This document shows positions 1-18,099 of a stretch of DNA of 64,000 nucleotides, piece after piece; position 1 is the first letter of the stretch; each line of letters begins with the position of its first letter. The translations under genes and the position numbers were made by a program. Location of the stretch: positions 6,013-70,012 of the forward strand of contig LWCA01000035.1 in NCBI GenBank assembly GCA_001642005.1, read 5' to 3'. The notes under the pieces were generated by a model. It did no database searches. It saw nothing but the letters and a program-made list of their open reading frames with translations, and was not told the origin of the DNA. This DNA is from Intoshia linei (Eukaryota > Animalia > Orthonectida).

Positions 1-1188
1 TTATATAAAGTATTTCATAAGATTAACCTCACAAGGATAATAAAGACAAGAGAGATATAAAACAGATTAAAGGAATTGACATAATTACATTCAATTTTTA
101 AAAACTAGATTTTTAATTTTTATACTGAAACTCCAAAATCATCACACTTACAATTCAATTTTTTTACTGACAAATTATTATTTTATAAAATGTGTTATTT
201 CTATATACATTTTTGTTGAGTTACTTACAATTTTCGATGAATACTGATCTAGTTAATATATTTACTGAGAAAAATGCAATTATGTACTGACAAGAAAGCA
301 ATTAAAAACTGACAAATATGTAATTGAATATTGACAAAATACTTTTTATTTTAGTGTGTATACTGAAAATTTTATGTTGAAAATACACAATTTTTTTATT
401 AATAAATGTCAGTATTTTAATTAAATACTGACAAATTAATTAATCCCCTTCAAAATTTATCAACCCTAAAAAGAAAAATTAACTTTTACCAGCCCTTAGG
501 GAAAATTATACTTTTACCAACTATTACATGCGATTCTAAAACATTGATATCTTTTCATATTAGAATTAGGTATTGAATTAGAATAATTATTTTTAAGACA
601 AGTTTTTTGCATTAGATAAAATGTTATTACCTTTATTGAATTATTATATGAATTTCAATAATTAAATTTTAGGGGGTAAATACTAATCGATTGCATTTTT
701 TTGGTTGATAAATTCTTAAAATCAAAAAAGGCATCCACATGCAAAATGGGTTTTCTAATAAAAAAATCACATCAGAATTGGACACCCCATATTCATATTC
801 GCACTTAATTAAATTTGTCTAATGATTTTTGCAGTACAAGTATTGAAGGCCTTTTTATTATTATCAGAGTTGACTGAGGTTGGCAATTTATCCCAAAGCC
901 TAAACGATTGCTACATTATTATTTCAAAAATCCCACCATTAATTAAATTTAATAAAAAATACCATTTTAAACCCTCAGGGAAAAATCGACTTTTACCCAT
1001 ATTTTTTTGGAAAATCCGATTTTACCAAATTGTATGAGAAAAAACCTTTAATTTTTTCATAAATGTTTTATATTTCGTATTTTAGTTTTAGAATATTTAG
1101 AAATGGGGTTCGTACGTTATTTGAATCGGGAACCACTGATCTCATAACTAAGTCCTAATATTTATTACATAATTAATTATAAATATAG

Positions 1189-2787
1189 GAAATCTTTACC
1201 TACTTAATGTGGTGGATTCTGATTTTATATTCAACAATGAAGCTAAATTATACAAGAGAGGAGTATTTATTCCTGGTTTACAAAAAGAAATTTTTACTTG
1301 TTCTAGTATATTGATACAAAAGGGACAAACTGATAAGACAAAACCGACCATAATGTATTCTTCAAAAAACATTTATAATTTAGGGGACAACGCAAAGTTA
1401 TATTGTGTTTTTACAGGATAGTAATACATTTTTGATATATTTTTAATTTCATTTTAGTCCAAAAGTAGATACACATTGGCAAAGTTTACTTGTTAACAAT
1501 AAAATGCCAGCAAAATTTTCTTCTGAAAATGCTTACCTTTTAATTTATAATGTACAATTAAGCGACCAAGGGACGTACAGATGCACTGGACAAAACTCGG
1601 AAGGAGAAACAGAAATTGACGTTGAGCTTATTGTTACAGAAAGGCCATATTTTATGACCCCTCTAAAAATCGTATATGTAGCAGTTGGTGAAACCGCTCG
1701 TTTTAAATGTAATGTTTATCCATGGGAGAATTTGAAAATTGTGTGGTATGTTAATGGAACACCTGTAGAAAGTGATGATAGAAGAATCGAAAATTCCAAC
1801 ATATTTAATCAACAAACGCATCCACAATTGAAAGGACAAAATATTCAATGTAACGCATCAAATGAGTATGGCTACGTATACGGTTCAACTTTTTTGAAAG
1901 TTTTGGATCTAACAAAAATTTTAAATGGACCAATTAACAAAATAATCGGTGAACCAGGTGCATATAATTTAACTTGTAGTGCTACATCTGATGAATCGGA
2001 AACTTTAAATTACGAATGGAAGAAACAATTGCAAGAAGGTCACGCTTTTGAAATCAAATCTACGGGAATTTACAGCATTTTCACAAATAAAACATCCACG
2101 CTGACCATTAACTCTGATACTTTGGATGAGATTTTAGGCGTTTACACATGTCGTGCTTTCACAGACTACTCTGATGCTACCAGTCAAGCCACAATATCTA
2201 AAGGCCCAGAAGTGGATAAAAGTAAATTTATTAAAATTATATAAATATCTTATTTAGTCGTGAGCCAATTGGCAATATCTTGGATGTGGATAGTATTCCC
2301 GTTAATTTTGATATTGGTACTAGTTGTTTTGATGGTTATGGCTATTTTGTATTACCAACGTAGAGGAAGTACGTATAATGGTATGCTTATTTAAGTTTCT
2401 ATTTACTAATTAAATTTAGTCGACAAGAAGGAGAGAGCAACAGGAAATGACCCAGAAAAGGAAATTGCTGATAGTGGTTTTCATGATTACAGAAGGGTGT
2501 AATTTAAAATTAAAATGTATATTAAATTAAAAATGCAATTTAGAGAAAACCCTCCTGTTGGTGGAAGTATTATATCAATACGAAAAAATATTTCCATTTG
2601 TAGTTCTGATGGTAAAGATGACGATTTTGATAAAATGGGCGATGAATCGGGCCTAGATCCAAATAAATTTAACGAAGATGGCTCCTTTACAGACCAATAT
2701 AACGAAACATATTCTTCCAACCGGAAACTAAAAGTAGATGGAAATAGTTCCAAACATTCACTAGGCGATAAAAATACTCAAGTTTGA
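1189..2787 (+). CDS. L1CAM/neuroglian-family Ig cell-adhesion receptor, 5' partial, no FN3 repeats
   Basis: Exons 1189-1420, 1458-2221, 2258-2380, 2420-2498 and 2544-2787 are joined by 36-45 nt GT-AG introns. It has Ig motifs (GNLYLLNV, DQGTYRC, GVYTC), a TM segment WMWIVFPLILILVLVVLMVMAILYY, and an L1-type tail (RRGSTYNVDKKE...DPE...FHDY...FNEDGSFTDQY) ending in TQV. Confidence 0.85.
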
Positions 2788-2862
2788 ACCAACATCATAA
2801 AGCCATATATAAAATATGTAATATACTAATTGATTAGTAAATGTAACAAAACATTTTGGTAA

Positions 2863-5800
2863 TTACACCAACTTTACAATAAATTTAGATTGTATTTCTT
2901 TAATTAGTTGGTTTTGATTGGTTCGCAAAACAAAACTATATTTTTGTTTATCCAAGCTCATCAAAAATTCGACAGATTGACGGTCAGTATAAACGTTTCT
3001 TGAGAGATCAATTACTCCTTTTTTTTCTTTGTTTTTAAAATGAATAGTATTGTCTAAAATATCCACCGTCGCATTGTAAAGATAATTTGGAACATGGTAA
3101 ACAACACAATTATCGTTATCTTCCAATAGTGTACCAGAAAAAAGAGATTTTTGAAAAATAATAATCAAATTGTATAACAATCCCACCAATAGCCCCAGTT
3201 TTATATTGAGTGTTACTACGGACAAAAATATTACTATAATTTGTATATTATCAGAAAAATTTTTCCTACAAAAATTTTTAAAAATGCTGGTACACAAATT
3301 GTAGAGCAAAGGCAATACAGTAAATATCACAATGGCTGCAATTGAAGAGTAAGGAATATATTTTCCAATTCCAATGCAAGTAAATGTTATAATTGTCAAA
3401 GTCGTTCCAGCAATAAATGATGAAATGAAGAGAGATTTACCACCAATACTGAAATGCAATAAGGATCGTGGTGGTGCTATATAATTTATACATTAATATT
3501 TTTCATTTATTTTACCTGCAGTTCCAGCAAATGCACCAAAAAAACAACTGATCAAATTTGATATCCCTATTCCAATCATTTCCATATGAGTTTTGAACAA
3601 TTTGAGGTGTGATTCGTATTTTATAAAGAATTTGCAATTTATTGATTTGTTAGTTTTCCCATGTGGGTCTATTAAACTAATTTGGACTTGATCAGTGACT
3701 TCTGGTTTTTCTATAAAAATTTATTACAATATAAGCATACTCTAGCACAGGGTTTCCCAATAGGAGCCATATGGCACTAAGGGGCCACTTCAAAAATCAA
3801 GGGTATGTGGAAAAATTTTTCTATTTGGGCGCCACAAAAAATTTTATATACATATTTTTTATATTATTTAAGAAATGTATTTATTACTTACAAGTGAGTA
3901 TATAGAAGAATCGGAAAAATTTAAATGTGTTAAAATGCATAATTTTTTAATCATTATTAATTATTTCTAAAAAAATTATAATGAGGCATAGAAAAAAATT
4001 TATTAAAGAAGGGGCCATAGCTTCGAAATGGTAGACTCAAGCACTTGATTCAGAATCGCAAAAAAGACGAAGTTCCAGAGATAAAACGGGATATTTGTAT
4101 TATAATATGTAATTATTTCACATTTACAGGACCAACGATTGTTGAGAAATGAAAAATATTTGTTGTGGACGATAAAAAGTTTTGGAACCACTGTTATTGG
4201 CTTAGTTTATTAAACAATTTTTTTGGTGCATGAATTTATCTCTAAATTTAAGGAAAAATTAGTTGAATTCTTTTAAATTTTGGGGAAATCACCTAAATGC
4301 TACCATTAAAATAAAGTTAAAAATAAGAGTTTGAACATCAGCGTTGATTCATCTCCTGCATGCTTAAAGGTTGGTAAAGTGGATTTTCCACTGAATGTAT
4401 GTAATGAAAAATTTGACGACAATTCTTTTGGGTTAATTTTTTTAAGGTCATAGATTGGACAATATTTTCAGACATGGGCCAAAGCAAAATGTAATTTTTT
4501 AAGTTCGTCCATTGATGGATTTTTTTAATTGAAATGAATATTTTTAGACATTTGAATACTTATTTCCATAAAAAATTGATGATATCAACGTTTTTTATAA
4601 GGTTATAATTCATTCCATTTTAGAGGTAAAAATTACGCAAAAAAACACATTTTCTTTAGCACATTTTTGAAGTAAAATTGTGCGATTCTTCAATTGAGAA
4701 ATCATTTTTGATTTCTTGGTATGCGATAATTTACTATAATATACTAATATATTTTACACCATAAAAATATTTCCAGAGGGCCCACGAAAATTTTTTTTGG
4801 AACTGAGATTTGTTGCTAAGTTCGTGCCATTGCTGTAGAGCAGGGATCGACAACCTTTTGCCTCTCGTTGGCTACTTTTTTATATCAAAAAATTATACGG
4901 CCCCGTTTTTGAAAATTTACATAATATAAATTTCAATTTTAACTGAAGAGAAACGGTTCTAGTATATTCAACAAAACAATATCCAGATCCATCTCAAAAT
5001 TCAGAATTAAAATGATTATAATGTGCCAATTATACATTTATTATGTTTTTTACTATTTTTTTATATCTGCATGAAAAATTGGTACAGTGTGTAGTAGAAA
5101 ATGTTTAAAACTGTTTAAAAGTTGAAAAATAAATAATTTACATAAGTACTTAAATAGTCACCAAAAGAGTAACTGCTTCCCGATTCTGCTGTAGAGGACG
5201 ATATGTACAGTACTAAAACCACTCTTCGGGACTTGACGAAATTTTGGTAAAATGGAGCCCTTATTTTTCGAAATTGAGTATTAAAAAATATATTCTTAAA
5301 TATAACTATTTTGTGTATTTAATTAAAAATGTCAAGTTCAAAGCTTGGTATTCATTCTTGGATAATATTAAATAATTGGATCAGAATATTGGATAATAAT
5401 AGTGACTCGGGCTATATGACACTACACATTATATGAAAAAAAAATTTGGGGCCTATTTTTCATTTTCGATTGCCTCGAGCTTGGTGGATTCGGCTCTGTG
5501 ATTAGGTATAGTCGTTTGTATGTATCAAAAACGTTAATTTATATAAAAAATATAATTACCATCTTGAAAATCATCAATATAGTTTTCTTTCTCGCTATTA
5601 TATTTTTTTCTATAAGAATCTTCAAAAGATTTAATTAGCGTATGATTAACAATGTAAGATACTATTGCTATAAAAATGGCATCCACATAAATAAGTTTAA
5701 TAATGGAGCCTTGAGGTAAAACGGGTACATGTAAATTGTCGTACATATCATTTTGGTTGATTGTAATAGTGTAGAAAGGAATGATACTAGTATAGCACAC

Positions 5801-6754
5801 AATTAGTGATATAACAATAACAAAAATTTCGGCAGGTATAACTGTAAATTTATGATATTTGTGAGGAGAATATTTTCGAACAATATAGGTTATTATCCAA
5901 TATGTGACAATCAAAATAAAACAGGAACAAGCATTAATAAAATCATTTTGATTAATTTCTCTGTTGATAAACTAGATAAAAATAAATGTACTTTTTTAAA
6001 AATAATATAACCATCTGATTCCATAAATAAGCTGTCAATTTGTAAATTTTGAATAATCCACTGTGAGCCGTATTGAAATTGTCTTGTACCCTGATGGGAA
6101 TAATGATTCCAAAAAAATATGGCAATTGGCTCCAAATTATGTGAACAGCTGTTCCAGCGAGAAACCCAATCTAAGACAAATGTAATGAATTACATACAAT
6201 GTATATCTCACTGTAAATGAATCGGATAACAGCTTTTCCACGATTTTCGATAGATGTAAAAAACTGGCTGCTATTTGAAACAAGCCGACAAAAAATGTAA
6301 TCGATACTGAAATTAAGAGGTTTGCGTTTTCCACAGAAGTATCATCAATAATTTGTTGAATTACATTGCTTTTGTTGTAAATGGATATTGTTTCACCCAC
6401 CATAATTCCAAGCAGGGCACTGGTTCCAAAAGAAATGTGTTTACATGTGCCAAAAATAGCATACACGAAAACTTGTACAATAGTTCCAATTAAGGAATAT
6501 ATCGCGTGCTGTTTGACCAAAATTGAAAAAACTGAAAATTACATAATATATATTACCATAAACGTACTTAATGCATGCGATAAATGAATAAAAGAAATTG
6601 TGACGCCGCAAATCACATCCAATGCTATAAATCGCTTCCATTTGTAATTTTTTAATTCTTCAATATACCGCAGAATGGTGAGAACCACAAATGTAAACGG
6701 AGTAAAATAAACCGGTAGATTATATACACTTGGTTGAATTATATTTGACTTCAT
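2863..6754 (-). CDS. SLC26/SulP-family anion transporter with short STAS-like C-terminus
   Basis: Spliced translation gives YKWKRFIALDVICGVT, VYAIFGTCKHISFGT, LSDSF-IGFLAGTAVHIIWSQL, IPAEIFVIV, EMIGIGISNLISCFF and GLLVGL. The apparent frame shifts are resolved by short introns. One 1.8-kb intron (about 3711-5558) is filled with MITEs. Confidence 0.88.
4841..5010 (+). repeat. Dispersed MITE family copy (second copy about 63283-63450)
   Basis: Shared CAGG(G/A)ATCG.CAAC start and near-identical TTTCAATTTTAACTGAAGAGAAACGGTTCTAG core. Confidence 0.75.
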
Positions 6755-6911
6755 TGTAGAAAATAGAATATACTAGTAATCTAGCAATTTAAATAAATAC
6801 AATACATCTGTCTGCAGTTTAGCGAAATAATTAAATTTGAACAATATTAGTTAATTCGAGTTAACAACCTTTTATTACAATATCGTACAAATATTACACA
6901 AACAATCTTAA

Positions 6912-7734
6912 TTATGTATTGGATTGTTCAAATTTAGCGTTCAGTTTGGAAACATAAATTTGCAATTTTCTGGATTGAGAAATCAAGTTATTTGTTATAC
7001 TCTTGGTAAAATCTTCGGGTAGATTTTTTATTATTTCCTGTTTTTCCACTATTAACGCGTTAAATTCAGCTCGTTCATCTTTTGGTAGTTGTCTCATTTT
7101 TTCAGTTTCAGAACTTAACAGCATTGCTGCCTTAATTTTATTTTCTAATAAAGATTTTGCCACTAAATTTTAAAATATAATAAATTATAAATATAAATTT
7201 ACATGTGAAATCAATAAAATTGACAATAATTTCATTTTTGTACCGAACAGCTATATCTCGTGGTGTTTCGTTTCTGTCTCGTGTTTTGAATGTCTAATTG
7301 AATGATAAATTAATGAGAGCAAAATATACCAAATTGACATTATTCTGTGTCAGTAATTTTATACAATCCAATTGACCCCACACCACAGCCAAGTGGACAG
7401 CAGTATATCCCAATGAATTATAATAATTTATATCAATTTTTTCACATTTTAATAGTTCTTTTAAAATTTCACTTCTTCCTAATTGTCAATTTAAAATTTA
7501 TCATGTACAAAAAAATATTTTTATAAACAGCATTTTACCAAGCATGCATGACATCATTAAAGGAGTTTTAAAGTTATGTTCATCAACATTGATTAAATCA
7601 ATCTGTATTTTTTCGTATACGTCTTCCATTGTAGGATCGTAACTTAAAAGTTCAGCTAAACGATTCATGTCATTTTGCAAAACGCATTGCATGATTATAT
7701 TTGAAGTTAAAGCGTTTGCTTCGGAAGTAGACAT
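6912..7734 (-). CDS. ANKRD45: Ankyrin repeat domain-containing protein 45-like
   Basis: Spliced: KTPLMMSCMLGRSEILKELL...GYTAVHLAVVWGQLDCIKLL...NETPRDIAVRY, followed by a helical C-terminus as in ANKRD45. The start codon is uncertain. Confidence 0.75.
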
Positions 7735-7968
7735 TGATTTGTTTTCTGGTGAGTTTAACAATCCACAAAAATTGCTTAGTATCCACGAAACTCATAATAA
7801 AATATACCAAAAAAATATTATTGTAAATCAACAATTTCATTCTACATGTTTATATATTTACACAAAGAAAGGAGAAAAATAATACGTTATATTAATGAAC
7901 AACCAATTTAATTAGTTAATTAGAAATTTTAGTCAGAAGTCAGTCAAAACAAGATTTATTAAAATCGT

Positions 7969-10900
7969 TTACTTTGTAGTGTTTATACATAAATACAGAT
8001 TCATCAATTTCGTATCAGGGTCTATTTTATAATCAATTTTTTTGTATTGGAAAAAACAATTCTGTAATTCAGTGTTGCATGTAAATCTAAATAAGATATA
8101 TACATTTTATACTAAAACGAATAATTTACAGATAATGAATTAAAATGTATTTCATAATATTTAAACAAAGGTTAAATACAATACTTTGTATCAGCTGTTC
8201 CCAAATGTACAGAAAAGATTTGAAAAGTTAAATATACAAATATGTAAGTAAGATATAATACAAGCACAGGCTAATTCATCGTTAACGGAATAATCTATAA
8301 TAAATTGAAAAAAATCTCATTCCAGAATTTTTTTGGAAAAATATGCTCGTTAACAAAACCTTATGAAAAAAATTCACTTAATCAAGCCACAAAATAAAAA
8401 ATCCAATTTTACCAACCCTCAATAAAAAATCCTCTTTTTCCAATATTTTTTTAAAAAACACGATTTTACTAAATCCTATGATGAAAAAACTTTAATTTTT
8501 TCATCAATATTTTATATTTCATGTTTCCATTAGGGTTCATGAAAAAAAAAGAAATATTTTGAAATAATGATCCGTACATTATTTAAACTGGGAACCACTG
8601 CGTTAAAACAATGAAAGATGAAAATATTTTGGTATTCATTCCACTTAACTTATATTTGCAGGTAATTTCATTTCATATAATTAATAATCAACCATTCTTA
8701 TCATTATTAATTAAAAATAAAATAAAAATTTTTACGTATCTAAAACTTTTAATTTGAACCAAAAAAGCTTTAGTATAATTATGATACTATATAGTCATTT
8801 TAAGTTAAACTTTAACGGAATATGTGTACTTCAGAAAAATTCACAGTCGGTTAATCAAGAATTTTTTCCGTTAACGAGTAAGTAGCCTGTATATATAAGC
8901 ACTGTATGATATTTTGGTAATGTCTCTTAGAAATTACATTTTAACTGCGAAACATTTAATGTGAAATTTCCGGATTCGTTGTAAAAAAGTTGTCAATTTA
9001 AAAACAAGCTTTTTTACCGTAAATTAAAAAATAGACAGCAGAAAAATAGTGGTATCTCCAAAAGCCATCAAGTATAATTATCATAAATAATATAAAATAT
9101 TCATTTTTAATTCATAAATCAATCAGCATTATTAGAATATTAATCAAATTATTAAATTAAAAGAAATATTTACTTACTCTACATGATTACTTCGATAGGG
9201 AGTATATTTATTGCTCAATAATGCTTGAAACTAAAAGATACTGCATAAAATAAAATTAACAAATATCTTAAACACCCGATCCATACTACTATACAGATAT
9301 ATAAATTATACTAAGATTAAAGTGACATTATAAATCCAACACCTAGAAAATAAAATATAGAGTCCGATTTTACCAATAAGACGAATAATTTTGAACCTAT
9401 AAAACATTGTTTCAATATTATCCCTAATGTTAACATGGCTTAAAGTTTCATGCCGTTTCAAAAAATGATTCCATTTAAATTCATAAGACTGCCTAACTGG
9501 TTTATATGTAATCTAAGGCGACCATAAAAATAATTTTAGGACTACAGGCCACTTGGCCGGGTCTACCATCATGAGGGCATACTTTTTCAACTTATTAATA
9601 GGTATTGGTGGAAAATTTTATGATGACCAATGCTATTTTCAACTGTTATTTATAATTTTTAGACAATAAACTACCGATTAAACAATGTGTAGATGTCCCA
9701 TTTTTAAAAAATGTTCATAATTTTATAAATATAAATTGCCTACAATTTCCATCTGTGTCAGGACTACTAATGGATCTCCACGTCCCTGAGCCCGTTCCAC
9801 ATATCTCAGGGTCTTAACTAACTCTAATTATTAAGAATTAAATTATCTTATTATTAATTTAACATTTCAAATTAATTCACAAAATAGTTGATATTCAAGA
9901 ATATAATTTTTTAAATGATCAATTTAGAAAAATGAGACCACAATTTACAAAAATTTCGTCAAGCCCCCTCACACGAAGAGGAGATTCAGCTCTGAGAAAT
10001 CCGACTTAATTTGATTGAATCGTAAATTATACGTTATGGTTGTGTTTTAAAATATCATCGTTAGCCAAAATTTGAATAGCTCTGCATATTATGTTAAATT
10101 TGCGAGCTATCGATAACAGTCTAAAATAAATATAAAGAGACTAATATAATAAAAGTTTACTTTTTTACAATAATGACATCTGCCACATTATGAACCACGA
10201 CACTTTTTCCATTTTCGAGACTTTTAGAAATATTTTCTTCGACTTGAGAGATAAAGAAGGTATTCTAAACATAACTAAATAAAATATAAAATTTGAAAAG
10301 TAACCAAAATTGCATCATAATTGTTAAAATATTTTTGAATAATCGCAGTTTTTCCACCTAATAAGGCGTATATGTATATCCATAAAATAGAAAAATTGTT
10401 AATTTGCACAATAAAATAACAATTAATGTAAATACAATAAATGTAATTTAAAAAAATGTAAATTTGATAGAAAATAATTACATTGAGGTGGACCAATAAG
10501 CAAAACAAGCTAATTAACAATTATTTAAACTAAATATACAAAAACCTCTAATTCTGTAGATAATATATCATATCTTTCGATAATTATACTTTTTGGATCA
10601 AAGACATTTAAAATAAACTTATCAATTGGGCTTTTCAAAAAGTATTCCTCGGGGGTATAAAAATTTAAATTGAGATTCATAGCAAACTAAAATTTCAATA
10701 TATTTTGTCATAGTATATAAACGATGCGATCGGCACAGGAATGATCTTTCTTTTTAATCAATGGATTTAAAAATCTTCCAGCCGAATCTAAGAATCAATA
10801 TAACAAATATAAACTATTCAACCAATTATATTGTCATTAAATAAATCTATATGTAATATAAATACCTCCAACATAAAAGCTTTCTGATGCATCAACTTTT

Positions 10901-12279
10901 TTATTAGGATATAACTAAATCATACTAAATAATTTAACAGCAACATTATATGTACCTTTTCGATAATATACTCCCACATTCCTGGCAGTGGTTTTCGAAA
11001 AACTGAATCTCCAGTCGAACACACAATCTAAAATTATTTAATAATAATTTTCACCATAATTACAGTACAAGGTACATCCAATTCAGTCAATATCTTTGTT
11101 AATTTTGTTTTGTAATTGTTTGAAGTCCACATTCCCATTGATATACCTTTCTATATAAATTTATCAAGTTTCAATTGTTACAAATTAGGTTAATTTTTAA
11201 AAGTAAATTAAAACGTTTGCATTGAAAGGATTTTATTTACCTGATTATTAAATATGATGATTTTGAAATTTTCTTGGTGCAATTCATTTAATTTTTTTTG
11301 TACATTATATTCTGCCAACAGTCTAAAAATTTAATAAAAATTAATGATATACTATATAATAACCCCATATTAAATCTATTTTAAAATTGGAAAAATTTAA
11401 AGGGTCCATTACACTATTGTTTATAACTTTAGAATTCACCAATATACTTAATTCTATAATCAAATGTTAGTTATTCATAATAATAACTTATTATTATTAT
11501 TTTCTTTCATTTTTAATAAAAAGATACAAAATAGATTAATGTAGTGTTTCTCAACCTTTTTTACATTGGGTGCACTGGGAAGCAATTCAAAAATTTTGGT
11601 GCACAAGCAAGTAACAAAATAGAAAATGTTTATATTTTTTGCGTACTGGCAATATTCACTATAATATAAAATTATGCAGTAAAGTTGCAAATTTAAGAAA
11701 AAAAAGTTTTGGGTATAAAAATCAAAAAAAATATGATGTAACTGACCTATGAATCACATCACAGGCTGTGACTCTGTGAAATGGTACATGTATATTATAC
11801 AATGTATATATATAACTAGATTTCAATTTTTCGATGGTCACTGATGTTTTAGTTTGATTAGAAACACTGATTTACATTGTACAATGTATCAGCAGTTCAT
11901 TACCTCCAATCATTCGGTAAATTACTATAATTTCTTTTACTTTGTGTTGTTATTAATGTATTGTCCAAATCAAAAGAAGCAATCTAAAATTCAGTATAGT
12001 TATAGTAATAAATAATACCTTTATAACATCTTCCGAACATGAATCAATAATTTCTTTCGGGTATCTATAATGCAAACATTCTAATTCACCTCTAATATAA
12101 ACGTCTGTCCAACCATTCGGTCTTTCACAAGAATTTATATTAAATTGGGTAAAATCAACATATTTTTGCATTAACGAATTTTGTTTAATTTTCTTTACTG
12201 ATTTTGAACTGTAAAATAACAATTTTATAACTATAAATACAATATTAAATGTAATGTAACGAGGTAGAGTCTTTATCAA
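7969..12279 (-). CDS. PNKP: Bifunctional polynucleotide kinase/3'-phosphatase (5' end unresolved)
   Basis: Many short exons give [74 protein letters not shown], P-loop GPPQCGKT, and a last exon 8086-7969 (..KIDPDTKLMNLY..). Mostly missed by the ORF track. Confidence 0.88.
8267..8889. mobile_element. Tc1/mariner(Tigger)-like MITE in last PNKP intron
   Basis: Imperfect TIRs CAGGCTAATTCATCGTTAACGGAA / TTCCGTTAACGAGTAAGTAGCCTG, with TA on the right side. Confidence 0.6.
9540..9994 (-). mobile_element. Two adjacent MITE copies (GGACCGTGGAG family and CAGAGCCGAATC family) in a PNKP intron
   Basis: 9540-9790 aligns by eye to 25543-26260 and 57016-57170; 9790-9994 aligns to 5230-5496 and about 48930-48990. 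Confidence 0.65.
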
Positions 12280-13469
12280 TAAAATAAAAATTCTATTCTG
12301 TGGATGAATATCTTGACTTTATCGATTAGTATGACAAAAAAGATGACTGATACTTAACTGAACAGTTAGAATCTATTTAATCATGTATTTATTTAAAAAA
12401 TCCATTAGATTAATATAATTAAATAGAAAACATTATGCACTGTATATCTGGTGGTCAAAAAAAATTGTAATTGAGATGAGTATGTCGCCATAAAATTAAT
12501 ATCAAAAGTTAAGCAGGCAGCAAAAATACATTGTTAGTATTATGAAAATAATTTATAAATTTGTTATTTCAAAACCAGTACCAATATATTTACATTTTGG
12601 TAGTTACGTAATCCAAAAATTATATTATTTACTCACGTTCCAGTTTTCACTAATTTTTCTTAATTAATACAAAATTGTATATAAAACAAATACATACAGA
12701 CAGGTAACATTTAGAAAAAAATAAAAAAATATATACTCATATCATTACAAGATAAAATTATAAATACCCAGAAAATCTACTTCGCTTCAATCCACTTTTA
12801 ATTGTATTCATAAACTATATGCAATATACCAATGTTACGATATTTCTGTATAAATATATTGTAAGCCTTACAATGTAGGGTTTAATCATTAATTATAACA
12901 ATTATTGAACGAAAATTACAATTGAATTTGAATTCTAATTCGAAAGTTCTTATTTTCCGGTACGTTGTTATTGACAATATTCGAAAAGAGTTAGATGTAT
13001 CTTGTAATGTTAGTTGAAAGTTCCCAATGGGAACTAGAAATTTGAATTTAAGTTTACATTTCTATTTTATATTTCTTTTTGCGCTTTTCAGAATAGTTTT
13101 GCACTTTATTTATTCATATTCTATACAATTTTGTTCAAACATTATTGTAAATCGCAAAAACTTTTCTGTAAAGTGCAAAAACAAATATGAAAACACTGTA
13201 ATTGACAAACAAAATATTGGTTATTTACATTTGTTAATATTATATGCATACTTTAACGATTGTTATCACCCCGTTCGTCAAAATGTTGAATATTGATTAA
13301 GGGACCGGGAAAACAAAAAGGCTGTTATATTAATGGATATTATTAAATATGGAATTAGAGGATAAATGCTTCATTTAAGTTTTAAAAAAACGGAATATTT
13401 AGATTTTTATAATTTTCAGTTGAATTGATCAACTTTATTTATATTTTATTTTCAATAAAGTTACAAAAA

Positions 13470-13732
13470 ATGAGAGAGAAACCACAAGGTGCATCATGTT
13501 TTAGTCGAATAAAAATGGGATTTGCCATGGGATTTACAATTGGAATAACATCTGGGTTGTTGTTTGGTTCATTTTCATGTTTGCGGTAATTTCTATTATG
13601 AATTAAATTTTAATTAATAACAGTCATGGATTACGTGGTAGGGAGTTAATTAGAACTGTCGGAACGAGTATGTTACAAGGAGGCGGAACATTCGGAACTT
13701 TTATGGCTGTTGGGACAGGAATACGTTGTTGA
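13470..13732 (+). CDS. ROMO1: Reactive oxygen species modulator 1 (Mgr2 family)
   Basis: Two exons (13470-13585, 13624-13732; 38-nt intron) give [25 protein letters not shown]...[34 protein letters not shown]. Confidence 0.95.
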
Positions 13733-14177
13733 TAGTAAACAATATTTGATTGTAAATTTTCTATTATTCTTTGTACCATGTGTAATCTTTTAGATACAGA
13801 GGGCACAAAATAAATTTAAAATTTTCTGTCACGTACTAATTTTATTTATATGTCATGGCTCAGTTAAGTTAAACATTTGATGGACTGAAAGGCGATAAAT
13901 TATCAAGGGTTATAGAATGAAATTTATACAGTCAAAAGTCAAATATCATAATTCGGAGTGTGTCGTTTGTTAATTTTATTCGTGCAATCGTTAATTTTAT
14001 AAATAGATAGTAACTCACACAGACATTGAATTTTATATAAGTAAAGGAAAAATGATATTTCAAATATAGCGGCAGGACTGAAATTGTCATAAAAATTTCG
14101 ACGAAAGAAGTTTACTCTTGTTTTATAATTATATGCTATGTAAATTTAATAAATATGAACATAGTATATAATTCATA

Positions 14178-18099
<3,922 letters not shown>

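Noticed and set aside
5534-6754. SLC26 apparently frameshifted or pseudogenised
   Set aside because: Short GT-AG introns restore a continuous frame.
9530-9994. GC-rich hairpins, GCCTGTAGTCC (7SL-like) and AATTTTTG (Sm-like) suggesting an ncRNA
   Set aside because: No SRP S-domain or snRNA core, and both segments match dispersed MITE copies elsewhere in the window.
13730-13738. Triple stop TGA-TAG-TAA after ROMO1 (readthrough or recoding?)
   Set aside because: The protein ends at the conserved GIRC terminus; tandem stops are common in AT-rich DNA, and no SECIS was seen.
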